Shown: positions 56,881-64,000 of the stretch, one piece after another
Layout: every line of letters begins with the position of its first letter
Numbering within the stretch: position 1 is the stretch's first letter
Source of the DNA: Mobula hypostoma
Lineage: Eukaryota
Length of the DNA stretch: 64,000 bases
Reading direction: 5' to 3'
NCBI RefSeq assembly: GCF_963921235.1
Contig: NC_086098.1
Coordinates: forward strand, 121,334,001 to 121,398,000
The notes under the pieces: model-generated
What the model was told of the DNA's origin: nothing
Database searches by the model: none
What the model saw: only the letters and a program-made list of their open reading frames with translations
Translations under genes and position numbers: made by a program

Positions 56881-58720
56881 GGAGTTTGCTCTGCTATTCC
56901 ATCATGGCTGATTTATTATCCCTCTCAACCCCATTCACCTGCTTCTCTCTGTAACTTTTGATGCCCTGATTTCTCAAGAACCTATCAACCACTACCTTAA
57001 ATATACCCAATGACTTAGCCTGCACAGCTCTCTGACAATGAATTCCATAGATACGCCACCTTCTGGCTAAAGAAGTCTTTTTTTCATCCCCTTTCTAAAT
57101 GGATGTCCCTCAATTTGGAGGCTGTGCCCTCTGATCCTTGACCCTCCCATTATAGGAAACATCCTCTCCATATCCACTCTGTCTACTCTTTTCAATATTT
57201 GATAGGTTTCAATGAGATCCTCCCCTCATTTTTCTAAACTTCAGCAAGTACAGGCTTAGAGCCCTCAAATTCCTTTCACTCCTGACCATTCTCGTGAACC
57301 TCCTGGATCCTCTCCAGTGCCAGCACACCTTTTAGATATGGGTTCAGCATTCAACACCATAATTTCCTCCAGGTGCGACAAGAAACTCAGCCTTCACCTT
57401 GCTTTGTGTTGCTGGATCCTGAACTTCCTGTCAGATCGCTGGTAGGTGGTAAGAGTGGGCTGCCTCACCTCTGCCCCTCTAACCCTCAACACAGCTGTGT
57501 ACTAAGCCCCCTCCTTTACTCTCTGTATACCTACGACTGTGTCACCATCCACAGGTCCAATCTGCCAATTAAATTTGCTGACACCACCACATTGATTGGC
57601 CTAATCTCAAATAAAAATGAGGCAGCCTACAGAGAGGAAGTCACCCTAACACAGTGGTGTTAAGAAAACAACCTCTCCCTCAATGTTGCAAAAACAGGAG
57701 CTGGTTGTGGACTACAGGAGGAATGGAGACAGACCTATTGACATCAATGGATCTGGGGTTGAGAGGGTGAACAGCTTTAAGTTCCTTGGCATAAACATCA
57801 CCGAGGATCTCCTGATCTGTACGTACCGGCTGTGGTGAAAAAGGCACAACAGCACCGCTTTTACCTCAGAGAGCTGAAGAAGTTTGATATGCCCCCCCCC
57901 CCCCAATTCTTTCTATAGGGACATTATTGAGAGCATCTTGACTGGCTACATACTGTCTGGCATAGGAACTGTACTTCCTTCATCGCAGGACTTTGCAGAG
58001 AGTGATGTGGACAGCCCAGTGCATCTGTAGATATGAACTTCCCACTATACAGGACATTTACAAAGACAGGTGTGTGAAAAGGGCACAAAGGATCGTTGGG
58101 GACTCGAGTCACCCCAACCATAAACTGTTCTGGCTACTACCATGTGGGAAATGATACCACAGCATAAAAGCCAAGACCAGTAGACCTGGCTTCTTCCACC
58201 AGGCCATCAGACTGCTTATTTCATGTTGATGCAACTGTATTTCTATGTTATATTAACTATCCTGTTGTACACTATTTATTATAAATTACTATAATTGCAC
58301 AGTGATGTAATGGAGATGTAAAGTTTATTACTCATGTATTTGAAGGATGTAAGTAATAAAGTCAAAACTGCTGTCAATACTACCGAGTGTGGATTGACTT
58401 AGTGCCTTATGAAGCCTCAGCATTACATCCTTCCTTTGGTATTCTAGTCCTCTTGAAATGAATGCTAGCATTGCAGTTGCCTTTCTCACTACTGACTCAA
58501 CCTGCAAGTTAAACAATAGGGAATCCTGCTTGAGGGCTTCCGCATCTTCTTGCACCTTTTTGCAGATGGAATGTTGTATACATAATATAAAGGTTAATGC
58601 CTTTATTTCCTAATATACAATATTCCATTTCCACTTCTTTGCCCATTCCCTGAGTCTCTCTAAGTCCTTCTGCAGACACCTGCTTCCACAACACGCTTGT
58701 CGCTCTAGCTATCTTTATAT
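56880..58720. mobile_element. CR1 (minus) split by a Rex1/Babar 3' fragment (plus, ~57340-58365)
   Basis: CVLSPLLYSLYTYDC...IKFADTTTLIGLI (57373..57663) flanked by colinear CR1 remnants. Confidence 0.75.
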
Positions 58721-59639
58721 CCCAGCTCCCAACTCCAGATACTTCTGTATGGAGTGATCTGTCTAGATACCATGGAAAAACAGAAGCTTTCCACACGTGT
58801 GACAATAATAAATCAATTACAAATGAGCATTGCTTTTCCACGATATTGTTTGCTTTCCAGAATCACAGAACTTAATTAGTCTGCATGTTAATCTTTATAA
58901 AATTTCTTGGATTGTTAGCAGTGCTGGCAACTAATACTTATCACTAATTGTCCTGGAGAGGGAGCTACTGAGGAGCAACACCGAACTCTGATGTTTGTGC
59001 GGTGAAGATAATGCACAGTGTAGGGAGTTCCAGGATTTAGATACATCGATGATGAAAGATAAGTAACTTATTTCCAAGGCTGGATGGGGGTGTAACTGCG
59101 TTGGAAACCCGTGGGTACTTTCTGCCCTTCTCCCAGCTAGTAGGGGTTAGAGCCTCTGATGGGTAACTAATGCATCTTAAAGATGTTACATATTGAAGCC
59201 ACAGTGTGGAGGGACGAACTAATTATGCATATTAACTATTTCACTAAGGTTTACTGTTAAACAATGGCTCCAGAAGTTATAGTTAACTGTTTTGCTCATT
59301 CTCACTGAGTAAATTTCAGCGTTCTTGGGGATTTCGGGAATCTACTTTTCACTCTTCCTCTGTCTCTCCCTTTCTTCTCTTCCCTTTTATGGATACATAC
59401 ACCTCTACCCCTACTCTCTATTCTCAGCCCCCCCACCCCATAGTTAGCCCCTTTTCAGTCCCCCTCCCCTTTTAGTTATCCTCCCTTCTATTCACTATAC
59501 CCCCACCCCTTCCTCTGCATCCTCAGCCGCTTCCTATCCTCTCCTCAACGCCCACAGCCCTGCCAGTTCTCTTGGCCCAGTCGACCCTCCCCATCGCCAG
59601 TCCTTTTTCAGCCTCCTTCCCTATTTTTACTGTCCCTTA

Positions 59640-59787
59640 TCCGAAACGGCCCCTCCACACATTCACCCCCCCCCCCCACCCCCAAGCTAACCGCACTCTT
59701 GTCCGGGCCGGCCCGGCTCGGCTCTGCTCTGCTGCTGACGTGTCGCGGCGGTCAGAGCGCTTGCGCCGTCATCCAGCGCCGCGCAAC
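59640..59787 (+). promoter_or_regulatory. CpG-rich promoter/5'UTR of the MIA-family gene
   Basis: Dense CpGs; TGACGTGTC at 59736-59744; preceded by a ~350-bp pyrimidine-rich tract. Confidence 0.7.
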
Positions 59788-59899
59788 ATGGCTGCAGTGC
59801 TGAAGGAGATGTGTCTATGGGCGCTGCTTGTCGCTGCCGTCAGCTCTGGGCAGAAGCTTTTGTCCGACTTCAAACGCTGCCTGGACGAGGAATGCAGCA
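59788..59899 (+). CDS. MIA3: First coding exon of a MIA-family gene, most like MIA3/TANGO1 (signal peptide plus start of the MIA SH3-like domain); gene continues beyond the window
   Basis: MAAVLKEMCLWALLVAAVSSGQKLLSDFKRCLDEECS plus A|gtaagt (phase 1, compatible with ECS-M). Hydrophobic signal peptide; SDFKRCxDEECS resembles fish MIA3; CpG-rich upstream region. MIA2 is not fully excluded (KLLSD). Confidence 0.75.
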
Positions 59900-60714
59900 G
59901 TAAGTAACCTGTTTTGTAAACAACCCTTAGGTTCTGTTTTAATTAATTAACAACGAGTCACGAACAGAAAAGATGTCCTAGGCTCCAACTGCTGACCTGT
60001 TGGCAGCTGCAGGACACCCAAAGCATCAGTCTGAACTTTATTGGCTGCCTGGATGTTTTGGGAATAACGAGGTCAGCGGGCGCCGAACTCTTCAAACCAC
60101 GGGAGCTAACTTTGGACACATTTTATCACCTCATTGAAAGCATATCAGAGGTGTAAATTACTTATAATTATTGTAATCTAAACATAATTAGTTATCATAT
60201 CTAAAATATCAGCTCTTTCTTCAGATTATTGCTTTGCAAAGATAATGATACATTTGTTGTTGACGGAGTTTTCTAACTTCAAACATATATGCAGTTCTAA
60301 ATCTGGTTTCATCTGGGTAGACTCAAGAATTTTAATTGATTTATTCATTCATTGACAGCGCCACCCACATCCTGTTAATGTCCGCATGTGCTGCGAGCCC
60401 AGACTACCATTTGGAAGTAGGCTGGTGTATTTTCCTCACGTAGGAGGATCAGACAACCAGTTAGAATTTTGTGATTCTGTAGTTTGCTGCTGGTGGTTTA
60501 TTTCAGGTTTATTTAATACCTCAGCTGGTAGGAGTGGGATTTGAGTTTGCGTTATAAGTGCAAGCCACTGGACACCAATCAGATCATTTAACTATTGCAC
60601 TGCTGGTAAAATAAATCAGCAAATTTCCATTCCATAACGTGAGGAAGTGCCAAGACTTCCCAATGCACTGCAGTGGTCAGTGGTACAAGTTGTGGTTCAG
60701 TGTGCAATACTCTC

Positions 60715-61780
60715 AAGTTTATTGTCACCTGACTGTCCGGGTGTGTGTGTGTTTGTTTGTTTATATATAATACAAACTAAAAGAAACAAAGTTCCTCTAG
60801 ACAATGGTGCATCTATAAAATGTATATCGTACACAGCACATAAAACAAGGTGTTACCACAATAAGTTAAATATAATTCCAGTTGCAAGTAGTGTGTTGCA
60901 CAAGTAGGCAGTACAATCAAAGGCTCACTGTCAGAGTGATGAGATTGTGGTGGTGGCGGCGGAATATTCATTAGAGCCTCATAGTTTGAGGGAAGAAGCT
61001 GTCACCCAGACTGGTAGACTTACTTGGTCCTGATGCACCTGTACCTTTTTCCTGATATTAGTGGGTCAAAGAGAGTGTTGGATGGGTGGTGGGGATTCTC
61101 ATAATGCTCCCCATAAATGTCACAAATAGTGGGGAGGGAGACCCTGGTGATCCTCTTGGCAGCTTTTTACTATCTTCTGTAGGGTCTTGTGTTCCGATGC
61201 CTTGCAGCTTCTGTACCACACAATGCAGTTGGATAGGCCACTCTTGATGGTGCTGTAGGAAGTTGTTAGAATGGGGATAGGGTCCTCGCACACCTCAGTC
61301 TCCTCGGAAGGTGTAGACATTGCTGAGCCTTCTTGACTATTGAGGAGATGTTGTGTGTCCAGATCAGACTCCATAATGTGCACACCAAGGAATTATGTGC
61401 CCTTCACTCTCCATGGCAGAGCCATGGATGTGCAATGGAGTGTGGTTGACCTGTGCCTTCCTGAAGTCCACAATCAACTCTTTTGTATACATTGAGTTTC
61501 AGGTTTGACAAGCCTCTCTGGAGGCTGATGAGGCTGGCCACTGTTGTATCATCAGTGAACTTGATGCAGTTTCAGTTGGGTTTGGCATTGCAGTCGTGAA
61601 TCAGCAGTGTGAACGGCAGCGGGCTGCGCGTGTGGCCCTTGGGGAACACCAGTGCTCAGTATGATGGAGCTGGTGGTGTTGCTGCCAACTGGGGTCTTTC
61701 GTCACGACATCCAAGATCCATTTACAGAGAGGGGTGAGTCCCAATGAGGACAGTTCACCTACCAGCCTCTGAGAGATGAT
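60715..61780 (-). mobile_element. Rex1/Babar LINE 3' fragment
   Basis: LSSLGLTPLCKWILD; CIVWYRSCKASEHKTLQKIV remnants. Confidence 0.7.
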
Positions 61781-61975
61781 CATGCACTCTCCCTCCCCTC
61801 TCACTCAGCAAGTTGTTATTTCGAGACTAACTCTGGACCAAATGTATTCCTGCTGCTGTTACAGTTATTTGGCCCGCCTTGTTCCCGAAGAAGTCTGGCA
61901 TTGCTTCTTTCTGAGTAAGTTTCTCTATACATTGTGTGAGGAAGCCCTCTGGGATGCACCACATAAATGCTGCCC

Positions 61976-62458
61976 ATTTCAAACAACACACATAAAAGTT
62001 GCTGGTGAACGCAGCAGGCCAGGCAGCATCCCTAGGAAGAGGTACAGTTGACGTTTCGGGCCGAGACCCCTCGTCGGGACTAACTGAAAGAAAAGCTAGT
62101 AAGAGATTTGAAAGTGGGAAGGGGAGGGAAAGATCAGAAATGATAGAAGAAGACAGGAGGGGGAGGGATGAAGCTAAGAGCTGGAAAGTTGATTGGCAAA
62201 AGGGATGTGAGAGGATTATGGGATGGGAGGCCTAGGGAGAAAGAAAGGGGGAGGGGGAAACCCAGAGGATGGGCAAGGAGTGTAGTGAGAGGGACAGAGG
62301 GAGAAAGAGAGAGAGAGAAAAAATATAATAATAAATAAATAACGGACGGGGTACGAAGGGGAGGTGGGGCATTAGCGGAAGATAGAGAAGTCAATGTTCA
62401 TGCCATCAGGTTGGAGGCTACCCAGACGGAATATAAGGTGTTGTTCCTCCAACCTGAG
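61976..62458 (-). mobile_element. Penelope-like element 3' end: GIY-YIG C-terminus plus pLTR with a hammerhead
   Basis: 62458-62372 encodes LRLEEQHLIFRLGSLQPDGMNIDFSIFR*. Hammerhead at 62082-62045 (TAGTC CCGACGA GGGG TCTCGG CCC GAAAC GTC AACTG; U4C variant). Confidence 0.85.
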
Positions 62459-62859
62459 GCCCCTTCGCACTCTGAATGTTCAGTTGAATTGAACATTGAA
62501 ATCTTAGCACCCTCCTATTTTCACAACTACAAGCAATTTCTTGACACATTTGCTTCTCAAGTTCCCATTGACTATAATATAGATCTACTGATGGTCCATA
62601 GATTATTCCCTTCTGATATTCAAGTTATACTTAAATACCCTCATTATACGGTTCCTCAAGAATATCCTCTCTAAACGCTGCTGTTATGTGTTCTCTTATC
62701 TAAAGGGACTCCCCTCCAATCTGACCTGTTTCTCTGTCGCATCTGTAGCATTGGTAGCATTGAACTGCCTTTCAGTCACATTTCTATTACGGCCCCAGTA
62801 CCCTAGTCCCTAGAGGTAATCTATGTGCTCAGTTTGTCTCCCCCTACCTGTTAAGCTAA

Positions 62860-63520
62860 GTGCATTGAAATATCTGCAATTTGAATCAGAGGTCTTGTCT
62901 GCCACTTATTGTAAGCATAGCTATCCTGTTTGCTAGGCTTATACTCTTTAGTTGCTGCACATACCCTGTCACTTCACTGACCTCACTCTTGAATCCCGCC
63001 TGCTGCCAATTTAGTTTAAACCTCCCTTGGTAACAAGGGGCAAATTTCCCCACTAGGGTATGGGTCACCCTCCGGTTCATGTCAACCCATCCCTCTTGAA
63101 CAGGTTTCTTCAAATCCCAGAAGGGATCCCAATGATCCAAGAACCTGAATCCCTGCCCTCTGCACCTGCCCCTCATCCATGCATTCATCTGGCTTATCTT
63201 TTTGTTCCTGGATTCACTAGCTTGGCGCACGGGAGTAACTTGGAAGTCCTGCATTTTAATTTCATCCCTAATTTCCTATAGTCATTCTGCAGGACCTTGT
63301 CCCTTGTTCTGCCTGTGTTGTGTGTACCAATGCGTCCAATGACTTCTGGCTATTTATCCTTCCCCTTATGAATTTTCTGCAGCTGGTCAGAGATATTCTT
63401 GACCCTGGCACTTGGGCAGCAACACACCATCCTGGCATCTCTACTGCAGCCACAGAAACTCTACCGTCCCCTTCTTAATCAGGTCTCCTATCACTATTGT
63501 CCTGTCTGACTGCACCTTTT
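62860..63520 (-). mobile_element. CR1 ORF1 (SGNH-esterase-like) fragment
   Basis: [31 protein letters not shown]...FKLNWQ. Confidence 0.7.
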
Positions 63521-64000
63521 CAGAAAGTATAAATAGTCGGCCCACATCTTTTCCCCACGTGGGCAAAATGTTTAATTTTAGAGGGCATGGATATAAGGTG
63601 AGGCGGGATAATTTTTTTATTTTTACTGAGTGCTTTGTGCCTGGAATGCACTGACAGGGATGGTAGTAGAGGAAAATATGATGGAGGCATTTGAGGGGCT
63701 CTTAAATTGGTGCATGAATATGCAGAGAATGGACAGAAGTGGACAATGTGTCAGCACGGTTGCCTGATTACTCCAGCACAACATTGAGGGCTGTTCCTGT
63801 GTTGTACTATATTCTACGTTCTGTGTCTCCCCCGTTCCTGAGAGATGGTTCCGAAGCAAAAGTGCCACAGGTATTCTCTGCATAATTCAACATCAGTGTC
63901 ATCCTGAGTATTGAGGCTTTGGTTACACACATGTTGGGCAGGCTGTGTCATTCGCATGCCTGGAACCAGACTCCTGAATCAGACATTCTGTTTTGAGTTC

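Overview
Vertebrate nuclear DNA; the repeat landscape (CR1, Rex1/Babar, Penelope, tRNA-SINEs) suggests a cartilaginous fish such as a ray (inference). Three genes are recognisable by manual splicing. YIPF3 is complete (minus strand, 9 coding exons, 340 aa). POLR1C is complete (plus strand, 9 coding exons, 347 aa) and lies head-to-head with YIPF3 across a 170-bp CpG-rich bidirectional promoter. The first coding exon of a MIA-family gene, most like MIA3/TANGO1, is at 59.8 kb. Most of the rest is transposon-derived: Rex1/Babar, CR1 and RTE LINE fragments, a full-length 5.8-kb L1 with a 14-bp TSD in POLR1C intron 8, a solo LTR, Tc1, hAT, Harbinger and pogo-like DNA elements, and tRNA-SINEs. The most notable non-genic signals are Penelope-derived short elements carrying minimal hammerhead ribozyme motifs (one with an intact core and a 13-bp TSD), a ~41-copy G-rich 32-bp minisatellite beside the shared promoter, a structured L1 inter-ORF spacer, and a young SINE with an RTE-type pseudoknot. 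Boundaries of old repeats are approximate, and family names come from recalled motifs rather than database searches.
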